From positions 1 to 64,000 of the forward strand of contig JAVRCV020000062.1 of NCBI GenBank assembly GCA_034530615.2: 64,000 bases of DNA, in the 5' to 3' direction. Source of the stretch: Aulosira sp. ZfuVER01 (lineage in GTDB: Bacteria; Cyanobacteriota; Cyanobacteriia; Cyanobacteriales; Nostocaceae). The notes beneath the pieces were generated by a model. The model saw only the letters and a program-made list of their open reading frames with translations. It was not told the origin of the DNA and did no database searches. Position numbers and translations under genes: made by a program. This document shows positions 21,811 through 31,610 of this stretch, piece by piece (within the stretch, counting starts at the first letter, position 1; every line of letters starts with the position of its first letter).

Positions 21811-22808
21811 AGGCAGTTATAAAGAAGGCAGAAGGCAGAAAGCAGAAGGCAGAAGGGAACTCTATAAATCAATTTATGAGCCAGTTGCGTGGGTGGCTTT
21901 GCCGACTTGAGGAGCCAGTGCGTTGCGGAGGTTTCCTCCGTTGTAGCAACTGCCGTCAAACTGGTGTGGAAAAATTCTTTTCTACAATCTTGTGCCCTTC
22001 GGGTACTCTGCGAGAACTCCTACCTTGCGGGAAAGGCTTTGCCCAACGGAGAACGGCAGTCCCCCATCGACGGGAAGCGGAGCCAGCGCCTTGCGGGGGT
22101 TCCCACGGCAGTCCGCTCAAGTCGGGAAACCCGCCCACGCGGCTGCCTCCCCGTTGTGGCGACTGGCGTCCAAGACGGGGGCTACCTCACCTTCTGCCTT
22201 CTGCCCTCTGCCTTTCTTTGGTACTAGCAAATAGTATTGATAACTTAGCATTCTCGCAGAATCCCTCTCCGCTATCAGATAAGGGTGTGGTTAATAACAA
22301 GCCGGGGTCTGCTTGCTCAGAGCAAAATCTAGAAACTTTAACTACCTATCTGCTGCGCGATTTACCTAGTTACACCAACCGAGTGACGCAACGCGCCCGT
22401 CGTCTTAGCAGGCGCAGTGAAGTTTACAGCTATATGTTAGTAGCAGGTAGGCCTGAGTTTACGCCCTTGCCTCTGAATCCTGGGATTGAAACCGCAGATA
22501 CCTCTAAAAGTGCAGCAGGAGTGGAGCAGGTTTTCCTTACTACTTTAGAACGGCAGTATATAGGGGGGAAAGCGGTGGAATTACAAGAATTTCACTGGCT
22601 GCTGTTGACTAAAACTCAAAATGGTTGGCGCTTGGTAATGATGTTTACTCAAACTGGTTCATCTGCCAAACAACAACTGCTATCCCCCCCACGAGATAGC
22701 AGTAACAGTGCTATTGCACAGGCGATTAATATTTGGCTGCGGGATTGTCAGGCGGGAAGTGTGCGGATGCGTGCTGTGAACAAAAGCGATCGCATTTTGC
22801 CGCAGTAA
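21807..22808 (+). CDS. Hypothetical exported protein whose N-terminus is expanded by in-frame repeat insertions
   Basis: ATGA overlap with pyrF; C-terminal [33 protein letters not shown] looks like a conserved cyanobacterial domain; residues ~6-136 are repeat-derived. Confidence 0.7.
   Translation: MKAVIKKAEGRKQKAEGNSINQFMSQLRGWLCRLEEPVRCGGFLRCSNCRQTGVEKFFSTILCPSGTLRELLPCGKGFAQRRTAVPHRREAEPAPCGGSHGSPLKSGNPPTRLPPRCGDWRPRRGLPHLLPSALCLSLVLANSIDNLAFSQNPSPLSDKGVVNNKPGSACSEQNLETLTTYLLRDLPSYTNRVTQRARRLSRRSEVYSYMLVAGRPEFTPLPLNPGIETADTSKSAAGVEQVFLTTLERQYIGGKAVELQEFHWLLLTKTQNGWRLVMMFTQTGSSAKQQLLSPPRDSSNSAIAQAINIWLRDCQAGSVRMRAVNKSDRILPQ
21823..22216. mobile_element. STRR-bounded miniature element containing nested ~45-nt dispersed repeats
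   Basis: (AGAAGGC)n left end and (CCTTCTG)n right end are inverted; GC-rich nested hairpins inside; a related empty copy lies at 25948-26096. Confidence 0.75.
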
Positions 22809-23057
22809 ACAGTCTATTCTACCATTCGCCAATGGTATCCTTTAAGCAGTCGAGAATCTGAGTATTTTAAGTAACTACGAAGCTTCAGAGGTTGATTAGT
22901 TGATATAGCAAGTAACAATTAATACTTTGTTATTTAGTAATAACCAGTAATAATATTAAGTTTATATAAACGCGGTTTCCATTTCTGAAACGAACCTGAC
23001 AAATGCGGTAGATACAGGTTAGGTTAACTGTAAATCACAAGCCGCATCCAGGCAGCT

Positions 23058-24008
23058 ATGGTAAAAGAATTAGCAATTCGCACCTCTGGACTGACTAAGC
23101 AATTCGATCGCCATGTTGCGGTCAATGAAGTAGATTTAGAGATCCAAGCAGGTGAAGTATACGGACTTATTGGGCCGAATGGCGCAGGTAAAACAACTCT
23201 CATCCGAATGTTAGCAGCCGCAGAGGAGCCAACTACGGGTGAGATTTATATTAATGGCGATCGCTTGCTACGTGACAAAAGCAATCCCACCCTCAAGCGT
23301 CGTCTTGGCTACTTACCTGATGACTATCCACTGTATGAGGATCTCACAGTCTGGGACTACTTAGATTATTTTGCGCGGCTGTATCGTTTGCGGGAACCTC
23401 GGCGCACTCAACGCTTGCATGAAGTGTTGGAACTGATACAACTTGGTAATAAGCGCAATAGCTTAATTTCTACACTATCGCGGGGGATGAAGCAGCGCTT
23501 AAGTTTAGCCCGCACGATTATTCACGAACCGATTTTACTGCTATTAGATGAGCCAGTTTCCGGTCTTGACCCGATCGCCAGGATGCAGTTTCGGGAAATT
23601 ATCAAGGCTTTGCAAGAAGCTGGGATGACGATTTTGATTTCCTCCCATGTCCTCAGTGACTTAGCGGAACTGTGTACTTCCGTGGGAATTATGGAACTTG
23701 GCTTTTTAGTAGAAAGTGCCTCGCTGCAACAACTTTACCAGCGACTATCCCAGCAACAAATAGTGTTATCAACTTTGGGGAAAATAGAAGTACTTTTGAG
23801 TGAATTGAAAAATCATCCTTTGGTGGAAGAGTGGGAGGTAATACCAGGAAGAAACAGTGTGCGAGTCAACTTTTCTGGTAAGCAGGAAGATTGTGCTGAG
23901 TTATTGCGATCGCTTATTCAAGCTGGTATTCCCGTAACTAATTTTCATTGCACCCAAGAAGATTTGGAAACTATCTTCCTGAAATTAGGACATAAACAAG
24001 CATCTTGA
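23058..24008 (+). CDS. ABC-2 type transporter ATP-binding protein
   Basis: GPNGAGKTT, LSRGMKQR and LLLDEP motifs. Confidence 0.93.
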   Translation: MVKELAIRTSGLTKQFDRHVAVNEVDLEIQAGEVYGLIGPNGAGKTTLIRMLAAAEEPTTGEIYINGDRLLRDKSNPTLKRRLGYLPDDYPLYEDLTVWDYLDYFARLYRLREPRRTQRLHEVLELIQLGNKRNSLISTLSRGMKQRLSLARTIIHEPILLLLDEPVSGLDPIARMQFREIIKALQEAGMTILISSHVLSDLAELCTSVGIMELGFLVESASLQQLYQRLSQQQIVLSTLGKIEVLLSELKNHPLVEEWEVIPGRNSVRVNFSGKQEDCAELLRSLIQAGIPVTNFHCTQEDLETIFLKLGHKQAS

Positions 24009-24044
24009 TTTAATATCACTTCCCCTCTTTGGAGAAATTTTCTG

Positions 24045-25943
24045 ATGACGCTCAATTTTATAGATAAACTTGGTGACTTGAATCCCCAACTCTTCCGGGA
24101 AATTAAAGGACGTCTCAAAGTTTTTAATGTAGTAGTTGCATTGGCAATATCAGTAGTTACTCAAATCGGCATTTTTCTCTATCAACTTGTCGATTTGCCT
24201 GGTAAAAAATACTCAATGTCTGGGACATATTGCAATCTTAGTAAAAGTTATCAGCAACAACTAAATTTTTTCTATCAACAAATTGAGCAAGTTCAACAAA
24301 AAATCAATTTATATAGCGGAAATAAAAATGCCGATATAACGAGAATTCAGGAATTGAAAGCACAACTTTCATCCCTGAGAAATGAGCGTTCTCATCTTGA
24401 TAATGTTTTATATCAGTGGCCTTGTCCGCCAGAGCAAATAAATATGCAATTGTGGTGGCAAGACCACTGGAAATATATATTTATGACCCTGAGTGTGATG
24501 TTTGTATTCACACTCTTAGTTGCTGGTACTTATTTGCTAATTAATAACTTGGGTCAAGAAGAGCGTCGTGGTACTTTAAATTTTTTGCGTCTCAGCCCCC
24601 AATCAGAAGCGAGTATCTTAACAGGCAAGATGCTAGGAGTTCCAGTTTTTATCTACCTCATGGTTTTGGCTGCATTGCCTTTACATTTATGGGCTGGAAT
24701 TTCTGCTAATATCTCTGTGGTCTCCATTTTTAGCTTCTATATAGTTCTAGTGGCTAGCTGTGTTTTCTTCTACAGTAATGCACTTTTATTTGGGTTAATT
24801 AGTCGTTGGTTTAGTGGGTTTCAACCTTGGTTAGGTAGTGGTTTAGTTCTCTTCTTCTTAGTTATATCTCTACAGACCTTGGCTTATAGTGGCAACTTTC
24901 ACAATATAATTACTTGGATAAGACTGTTAAGCCCCTTTGAGATGATGGGCTATCTGTTACCAAGAAATAATGAGTCATCTCTACAAGAATTGCAGTTTTT
25001 CTATATTCCAATAGGTAAAAGCACTTTTGGTCTACTAGGTATAAATTTATTGAATTATAGTGTAGGCATCTACTGGGCTTGGCAAGCAATGAAACGCCGC
25101 TTTCGTAATCCTGATGGGGCGATTCTCAATAAAGTGCAGAGTTATATGTTAGTAGGGAGTTATCAAGTCATTTTTTGGGGCTTTACTCTACAATACCATA
25201 ACAATTATTGTCCAGATTACAGAAGTGGTAGTTCTAATGTTTGTTATTATGATTTGAATTACCAAATAGGGCAAAATTGGTGGTTTCTAGCATTCTTTAA
25301 CATAGTGGTATTATTGGCTTTACTTGTAATTCTGACACCCCATCGGCAAACTATACAAGATTGGGCAAGATATCGACACCAAAAAATCTCTAATTCCCAG
25401 AATTTCTGGCGTAGTTCTTCGTTACAAGATTGGATTATAGAAGAAAAAAGTCCGGCATTAGTAGCAATATTCATAAATTTGGCGATCGCAACTACGCCGC
25501 TAATAGTTTGGATTGTACTTGCACCTGTTTTAAATACTCACCATAACAACAGCATAAATTGGGTTAACGATCTGGGAAGATTAAAGGCGATTTTAGCTGT
25601 GGCTTTATTTATTAGCTTAATGATGATTTATGCCACTTTAGCTCAAATTATGCTGTTGATGAAAACTCCAAAGCGTGCTGCTTGGGCATTTGGCAGTATC
25701 AGCGCCGCCATATTCTTACCACCCCTATTCCTTGGAATCCTAGGCATTAATCCCCAAAAATATCCTGTAACATGGCTGTTTTCTACTTTTCCTTGGGCTG
25801 GTTTAGAATATGCCGCAACCATCACAATTTTTAAAGCACTCATCGTTGAATTGGGGGTCATAATATTCTTAAACATCCAATTAACAAAGCAGGTGAAGTT
25901 AGCAGGAGAGTCTGCAACCAAAGCATTGTTGGCAGGACGCTAG
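24045..25943 (+). CDS. ABC-2 type permease-like membrane protein
   Basis: NPQLFREIKGR and EERRGTLNFLRLSPQ..ILTGKMLG motifs; multiple TM helices. Confidence 0.8.
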   Translation: MTLNFIDKLGDLNPQLFREIKGRLKVFNVVVALAISVVTQIGIFLYQLVDLPGKKYSMSGTYCNLSKSYQQQLNFFYQQIEQVQQKINLYSGNKNADITRIQELKAQLSSLRNERSHLDNVLYQWPCPPEQINMQLWWQDHWKYIFMTLSVMFVFTLLVAGTYLLINNLGQEERRGTLNFLRLSPQSEASILTGKMLGVPVFIYLMVLAALPLHLWAGISANISVVSIFSFYIVLVASCVFFYSNALLFGLISRWFSGFQPWLGSGLVLFFLVISLQTLAYSGNFHNIITWIRLLSPFEMMGYLLPRNNESSLQELQFFYIPIGKSTFGLLGINLLNYSVGIYWAWQAMKRRFRNPDGAILNKVQSYMLVGSYQVIFWGFTLQYHNNYCPDYRSGSSNVCYYDLNYQIGQNWWFLAFFNIVVLLALLVILTPHRQTIQDWARYRHQKISNSQNFWRSSSLQDWIIEEKSPALVAIFINLAIATTPLIVWIVLAPVLNTHHNNSINWVNDLGRLKAILAVALFISLMMIYATLAQIMLLMKTPKRAAWAFGSISAAIFLPPLFLGILGINPQKYPVTWLFSTFPWAGLEYAATITIFKALIVELGVIIFLNIQLTKQVKLAGESATKALLAGR

Positions 25944-25947
25944 TACT

Positions 25948-26096
25948 AGAAGGCAGAAGGGAAACCTCATAAATCAATGATGTTGTTGGCAAATTAATAG
26001 ATGTTCTCACCTATCAATTCAACCTCATCTGATATTACCTTTTCATGTGGCAGAAATCAAAAATATATTTCTCTTCCTTCTACCTGCTGCCTTTCT
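25948..26096. repeat. Miniature STRR-bounded element (degenerate)
   Basis: agaaggcagaagggaaacctcataaatcaat matches 21844-21873; ends in ccttctacctgctgcctttc. Confidence 0.55.
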
Positions 26097-26142
26097 TCAA
26101 TAATTCTTATCCACAACAGCTAATAAATAGAGAGTTTTAACT

Positions 26143-27846
26143 ATGAATCTGAACTGGATTAATCAAGTAGGAGAATGGAATCCGCAACTGTTTCGCGAAC
26201 TTAAAGGAAGGTTGAAATCGCGCAACTTAATACTGTCTGTTGCTACCTCTTTGCTGGGTCAATTTCTACTATTTATGTATTTTCAAACCCAGCTACCAAC
26301 TAAACTCGATCTCCTATACAACCACACTCACAAATATTGCACCGGAAGACGTGTATATAATGCACATGAATGCCTTGCTGATGAATTTGGCAATGCTATT
26401 ATCAACTGGCAAGTGTGGTCTTTGGATATATTTACTTGGCTGAGTATTATTGGTTGTTTTACTCTTTTAATCGCAGGTACTTATCTCATCATAAATGATG
26501 TAACTGCTGAAGAACGACGTGAAACACTCAATTTTATTCGCTTGAGTCCCCAATCGCCTCAAAGTATTTTATTGGGCAAAATGTTGGGTGTACCAATTTT
26601 GCTATATATTGGGCTACTGTTAGCTGTTCCTTTGCATTTATGGTCAGCTTTATCTGGTCAAATTCCCTTGTATGAGATTTTCAGCTTTTACACATTAGTG
26701 CTTGCCGCCTGCTTTTTATACTTTAGTGCTGCACTACTATTTGGCTTAGTTGGTTCTTGGCTAGGAGGTTTTCAAGCTTGGTTAGGTAGTGGCGCAGTTC
26801 TATGTTTTCTCATAGTAACTATGCGAGTAGCCCTCACAGAAATCACAGATGATTATCCCTTGGTTTTTGCTAGGCTGATTAATCCTTGTTACTTAATTCC
26901 GAATACTGCTATTAGTTCTACATTTACATCTGCTAGTTCCAGATTTAGCAATTTTCGCTGGTTTGCATTTCCTCTTGGAGATAGCTTACTAACAACACTT
27001 GGCTTTGCTCTATTGATTTATGGACTAGGAACATACTTTATTTGGCAATCTTTACAACGTTGCTTTCGCGATCCTAATACCACTATGTTAAGCAAGCGTC
27101 AGAGTTATTTATTAACAGCTGGCTTTGCATTTTTTACTTTAGGATGCGCCAATTGGCAAAGATTAGTTTTAGAGACCGATCCTAGTTCCTATATGCTAGC
27201 TGAAAATCTTGTGTGTCTGTTGTTCTTGGATTTTTGGCTGTTTCTATTTTTAATTGCTGCTATCAATCCTCATCGTCAAGCATTGCAAGATTGGGCGCGT
27301 TACCGCCGAACTTCTCGTGCTAAAGGATTAACTAATAACAAGCTAGTTGAGGATTTAATTTGGAGCGAAAAAAGCCCGGGCTTGTTAGCGATCACCATCA
27401 ATGCCGCAATTGCTATCATTGCCGTTAGTGGATTAGTATTACTCTCCCAATACCCACTCGATCAGAAAATCCATGCTCTTTTTGCGCTAGTTCTATCTGG
27501 TAGTTTAGCTATGCTCTATGCAGCCTTAGCTCAACTGCTTTTATTAACCAAAAATCAGCATAGAGTATTTTGGTCTGCGGCTACTGTTGGGGCTGCAATT
27601 GTTGTACCAGTAATTGTCGTCGCCATATTTGCCTCATCCTCTAGAAGCAACAATTTTCTCTGGTTATTTTCAATAGTGGGGCCAATTTTTGCAATCTCTC
27701 CAGATGGAAAGTCACTATCACCAATAACAGTATTGCTTCCGATTTTTAGTTACTGGAGTTTTCTAACCTTTTCAGTCTTCCAATTGCGGCGGAATTTAGT
27801 AAAAGCTGGTGAATCTGCTACGAAAGCAATGCTTGCAGGCAATTAA
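26143..27846 (+). CDS. ABC-2 type permease-like membrane protein (paralog of the previous gene)
   Basis: WNPQLFRELKGR, EERRETLNFIRLSPQ and AGESATKA motifs shared with 24045-25943. Confidence 0.8.
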   Translation: MNLNWINQVGEWNPQLFRELKGRLKSRNLILSVATSLLGQFLLFMYFQTQLPTKLDLLYNHTHKYCTGRRVYNAHECLADEFGNAIINWQVWSLDIFTWLSIIGCFTLLIAGTYLIINDVTAEERRETLNFIRLSPQSPQSILLGKMLGVPILLYIGLLLAVPLHLWSALSGQIPLYEIFSFYTLVLAACFLYFSAALLFGLVGSWLGGFQAWLGSGAVLCFLIVTMRVALTEITDDYPLVFARLINPCYLIPNTAISSTFTSASSRFSNFRWFAFPLGDSLLTTLGFALLIYGLGTYFIWQSLQRCFRDPNTTMLSKRQSYLLTAGFAFFTLGCANWQRLVLETDPSSYMLAENLVCLLFLDFWLFLFLIAAINPHRQALQDWARYRRTSRAKGLTNNKLVEDLIWSEKSPGLLAITINAAIAIIAVSGLVLLSQYPLDQKIHALFALVLSGSLAMLYAALAQLLLLTKNQHRVFWSAATVGAAIVVPVIVVAIFASSSRSNNFLWLFSIVGPIFAISPDGKSLSPITVLLPIFSYWSFLTFSVFQLRRNLVKAGESATKAMLAGN

Positions 27847-27879
27847 TTCATGTCTAAAAAATTTTGATAAAGTTTTGTG

Positions 27880-27908
27880 AAGTCTGGCCAATCTGGTCAG
27901 ACTTTTTT
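27880..27908 (+). terminator. Intrinsic terminator
   Basis: AAGTCTGGCCA-ATC-TGGTCAGACTT followed by a T run. Confidence 0.75.
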
Positions 27909-27945
27909 ATGAGCATTTGTGATTCTACAAAAAAGCAACAAGCTC

Positions 27946-28041
27946 ATACCAATTCAAAATTCAAAATTCAAAATTAAGAAATTGAGACTCATCACAGGTT
28001 TCAGGGTTTGCGTCTACATCATATTTTTGGTGAAATGGTAT
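27946..28041. repeat. Small ATACCA..TGGTAT-bounded element with (AAAATTC)n STRR
   Basis: Ends ATACCAATT and AAATGGTAT are inverted; three AATTCAA heptamers inside; a similar right end (GAATTGGTATA) sits at 44-54. Confidence 0.5.
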
Positions 28042-28403
28042 CACTGAGCAAAATTCGATTTTAACAATACATATAAAACTATTCTCTTAGAATCTGTTGA
28101 TCGAGAAGAAGGAGGTGTGCGATCGCATTTCGTAAAGTTGTCGGAGGAGTAACTACGAGTGATATTACTTAGAGCCTTAGGCATTTTACATTCCCTTGCT
28201 TCCCCTTCCCTGATCCTGTCTCCCTTATCGCACTCAAACTCAAAAACCCAGTTATTGCAACTGGGTTTGAGTTGGGGTATGTCCCCGGACTTTAAGTTAT
28301 AGAAGTTAGTTATAGTGTGCTTGTCTGGTAATGATTACAACGGTGCGTTGGGCGATTTCGGAAAACTTGCCCATAAAAATCCAGTTTTTTTCAAAAATTA
28401 TAG

Positions 28404-28432
28404 TTGACATCTTTCCTACCTATTAGTAGGAT
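28404..28432 (+). promoter_or_regulatory. Sigma70 promoter overlapped by a palindromic TetR operator
   Basis: TTGACA-17bp-TAGGAT with TCCTAC-N6-GTAGGA (28414-28431) overlapping the spacer and -10 box. Confidence 0.75.
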
Positions 28433-28438
28433 GTGAGG

Positions 28439-29017
28439 ATGAAGCAAACAGATACTAAAACTTTAATTCTTGATGTAGCTCAAGACCTAATCCAACGTCT
28501 CGGCGTTAATGGCATGAGCTATCAAGACATCAGCGAGGGCGTAGGCATTCGCAAGGCAAGTGTCCATACGCATTTCCCCAAAAAGGATGATTTGCTGGCG
28601 GCGCTGCTTGACCGATATAGCGATCGCTTTCTGCGGATTTTAGACGGTATTATTGCTTCTAGCGATCCGCCAGAGGTAAAACTACGGCAGTATTGCGGAC
28701 TATTTGAAGCCACTCTCAGCAGTGGTAGCCAAGATAAAGCTTGTCTATATGGGATGTTAGGGGCTGAATTAGCAACCCTGAATGATCCATGCGTAGAGCG
28801 CGTTCGTAGCTTTTATCAAGCTAACGAAGCGCGGCTGGCCATTCTGCTCAATAGTGGGCGTCAAGACGGCAGTTTTCGCTTTAGTGGAGACGTACAAGCG
28901 ATGGCGTCTTTGATTTTTGCGATGTTGGAAGGGGGGTTGCTAGTTGCTCGCGTCCACGGTGGAGCAATCCAGTTTCACCAAGTAATTGAGCAATTAATAC
29001 AGTTAGTCAAAGGTTAA
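28439..29017 (+). CDS. TetR/AcrR-family transcriptional regulator
   Basis: HTH SYQDISEGVGIRKASVHTHFPKKDDL; ATG at 28439. Confidence 0.92.
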   Translation: MKQTDTKTLILDVAQDLIQRLGVNGMSYQDISEGVGIRKASVHTHFPKKDDLLAALLDRYSDRFLRILDGIIASSDPPEVKLRQYCGLFEATLSSGSQDKACLYGMLGAELATLNDPCVERVRSFYQANEARLAILLNSGRQDGSFRFSGDVQAMASLIFAMLEGGLLVARVHGGAIQFHQVIEQLIQLVKG

Positions 29018-29060
29018 TTTTTTTTATCTATTAAACATCCAACTAGTAGGAAGTCTGGTT

Positions 29061-29744
29061 ATGAGGACGATTGGCATTTTAGGTACAGGTAGAATGGGCG
29101 TGCGATTAGCTCGGATGTTGGCTCAGGCAGGGCAAACAGTAATTCTGGGTTCGCGAGATATTGCCCGCGCGACTCAAATTGTGCAAAGACTAGGGCAGCC
29201 TACACTATCAGCCAGTAGTTATGAAGATGCTGCCGATGCGGATGTGATTTTGCCAGCAATGTTTTTGCGAGATGGAATGCTGGATACGCTGGAACCCTTG
29301 CGCAATCAATTCAATAACAAGGTGTACATAGATATTTCCAATCCGTTTAATGATACTTATACCGATTTCATCTTGCCTTGGGATACGAGTGCAGCCGAGC
29401 AGATTCAACATCGTTTCCCAAAAACTCAGGTTGTAGGTGCTTTTAAGAATGTCTGGTGGGAAGTGTTTGATGCACCAAAATTTGGGGATACAGTCAGCGA
29501 TGTGTTTGTGGTCAGTGATGTAGACTCAGCTAAAGCGACATTTTTCAGACTGGTTGAGCAAACGCCATTTCGCTACATTGATGCGGGTCAATTGTCCAAT
29601 GCCCGTACAATCGAGCGTATGACTTTACTAAGTGGCGAATTAGGACAACGCTACGGTTACTTTCCCCGCATGAACTACAAGTTTCTCGGTGAAACCTGGA
29701 CACCAGGACAATGCGATTTTCTGGCTAGCAACACCGCTTCTTAA
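29061..29744 (+). CDS. NAD(P)-binding oxidoreductase (F420-dependent NADP oxidoreductase-like family)
   Basis: IGILGTGRMG, GSR, DISNP and VVGAFKN motifs. Confidence 0.85.
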   Translation: MRTIGILGTGRMGVRLARMLAQAGQTVILGSRDIARATQIVQRLGQPTLSASSYEDAADADVILPAMFLRDGMLDTLEPLRNQFNNKVYIDISNPFNDTYTDFILPWDTSAAEQIQHRFPKTQVVGAFKNVWWEVFDAPKFGDTVSDVFVVSDVDSAKATFFRLVEQTPFRYIDAGQLSNARTIERMTLLSGELGQRYGYFPRMNYKFLGETWTPGQCDFLASNTAS

Positions 29745-29786
29745 TGCACCACGTTCAAGTTTGTAATCAACAAGAGAAATACAACA

Positions 29787-30386
29787 ATGATTAAACTCTA
29801 CGGTCATGAAATGTCTGGTAACAGCTATAAAGTCAGGCTGTTGTTAGAACTGTTAAACCTCGATTACGAATGGATCAAAGTTGACTTGATGAAAGGGGAA
29901 CATAAATTGCCAGAGTATTTGGCACTCAACCCCTTTGGACAAGTACCGTTGCTTATCGATGGCGATACCAAACTGGCGGATGCTCAGGCAATTTTAGTGT
30001 ACCTTGCACGGCAGTATGGTGGCGAGCAATGGCTACCGTTGGATGCACTACCTCTAGCACAAGTTGTTCGCTGGTTATCAACGACGGCGGGCGAAGTTCG
30101 CCAAGGGCTGGAAAATTCGCGGCTTTACTACCTGTTTGGAGTGACTAACATCAATATCGATCGCGCCCATCAAAAAGCCGAATATATCCTGACCCAATTG
30201 AACCAGCATTTAAGCACACACACCTGGTTAGAGTTTGAGCGTCCCACCATTGCTGATATTGCCGTCTTTCCCTATGTTGCTTTAGCGCCTGATGGCAAGA
30301 TTGACCTCTCGCCTTACCCTAATGTGTTGGCGTGGAGCGATCGCATCAAACAATTGCCCAACTACATCCCAATGGCAGGGCTGTAG
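29787..30386 (+). CDS. Glutathione S-transferase
   Basis: SGNSYKVRL, LNPFGQVP, DAQAILVYL and TIADIA motifs. Confidence 0.93.
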   Translation: MIKLYGHEMSGNSYKVRLLLELLNLDYEWIKVDLMKGEHKLPEYLALNPFGQVPLLIDGDTKLADAQAILVYLARQYGGEQWLPLDALPLAQVVRWLSTTAGEVRQGLENSRLYYLFGVTNINIDRAHQKAEYILTQLNQHLSTHTWLEFERPTIADIAVFPYVALAPDGKIDLSPYPNVLAWSDRIKQLPNYIPMAGL

Positions 30387-30544
30387 AAGTTATTAGGGGC
30401 GGGAAATGGGACAAGGAAGAAAAAGCTGATTCCTGCGTTCAAATGAAAGTCCTAACTTACCCTTTGATGAAAAACCTACACCTGTAAGAGAAAACTCCGC
30501 CTCTACAAATTAGCATCACACACTTTGCAAGGAGAGAAAGCACA

Positions 30545-31504
30545 ATGGCAAACCCAGACTGGTCACGTACAGAATCGCCATTTCACCCTGGCGAACTAGC
30601 AATTCAAGCCCGACTAGGGGCACAAGACCGTATGGACAAGCAAGGAAGACGAGTAATTCGAGAGTATCTCCCCGATCAACATCGGCAGTTTTTCGCCCAA
30701 CTTTCTTATTTGATGGTAGGTACTGTGGATGCATCGGGTAGCCTCTGGGCTTCTATTCTGGTGGGGGAACCAGGGTTTATCTCCTCTCCTGACGATCGCA
30801 CTTTGCGCGTTGCTGCCAAACCCCTATTTGGCGATCCCTTAGTAAATACCCTGAAAGAAGGTATCGATATCGGCTTTCTCGGTATAGAATTGCATACTCG
30901 CCGCCGTAATCGCATGAATGGCATTGTCACAACAATTGATGCTAATGGCTTTGAGGTGCAAGTAAAGCAAAGCTTTGGCAACTGTCCCCAATACATTCAA
31001 GCCCGCAGGTTTAACCTAGACGAATACGATCCAGAATCACCGAAACCAATTTATGCGATCGCGGCATTAGGAGAACCAGAACGCAACCTCATTGCTTCTG
31101 CTGACACCTTCTTCATTGCGACTGCCTATCAAGCAGAATCGGCGGGGGCGGCTGCGGGCGTGGATGTCTCTCATCGGGGAGGCAAACCGGGCTTCGTACG
31201 GATAAATAATGACAATACGCTGACGATTCCTGACTTCTCAGGCAATTGTCACTTTAATACATTTGGCAACTTAGAACTTAACCCCCATGCAGGGCTGTTG
31301 TTTGTGGATTTTGAACAAGGCAACCTACTATACCTCACTGGTACTGCTGAAGTGATTTGGCAAGGAGACGAAATCAGTACATATACGGCCGCGGAGCGAT
31401 TACTTCGCTTCCGGCTCGACGTAGGATATAGAGTAGAAGGTAGTCTCCCTCTTCGCTGGTCAAACCCGGAGTTCTCGCCCTACCTAGAAAGCACTGGGTC
31501 ATAG
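30545..31504 (+). CDS. Pyridoxamine 5'-phosphate oxidase-like FMN-binding protein
   Basis: FHPGELAIQ, RRRNRMNG, GNCPQYIQ, DVSHRGGKPGFV and PDFSGN motifs. Confidence 0.88.
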   Translation: MANPDWSRTESPFHPGELAIQARLGAQDRMDKQGRRVIREYLPDQHRQFFAQLSYLMVGTVDASGSLWASILVGEPGFISSPDDRTLRVAAKPLFGDPLVNTLKEGIDIGFLGIELHTRRRNRMNGIVTTIDANGFEVQVKQSFGNCPQYIQARRFNLDEYDPESPKPIYAIAALGEPERNLIASADTFFIATAYQAESAGAAAGVDVSHRGGKPGFVRINNDNTLTIPDFSGNCHFNTFGNLELNPHAGLLFVDFEQGNLLYLTGTAEVIWQGDEISTYTAAERLLRFRLDVGYRVEGSLPLRWSNPEFSPYLESTGS

Positions 31505-31610
31505 TAGCAAATTTAACGATACATCAAATTCATTTCGCTCAAGCAGAAGGATTCTTGGCTCATTCAGCCAACTTATCTATACTTGTTTCCAAGCCTAGAT
31601 TAAGTTAACT

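Noticed and set aside
21889..22234. Overlapping alternative ORFs in several frames
   Set aside because: By-product of GC-rich, stop-poor nested repeats
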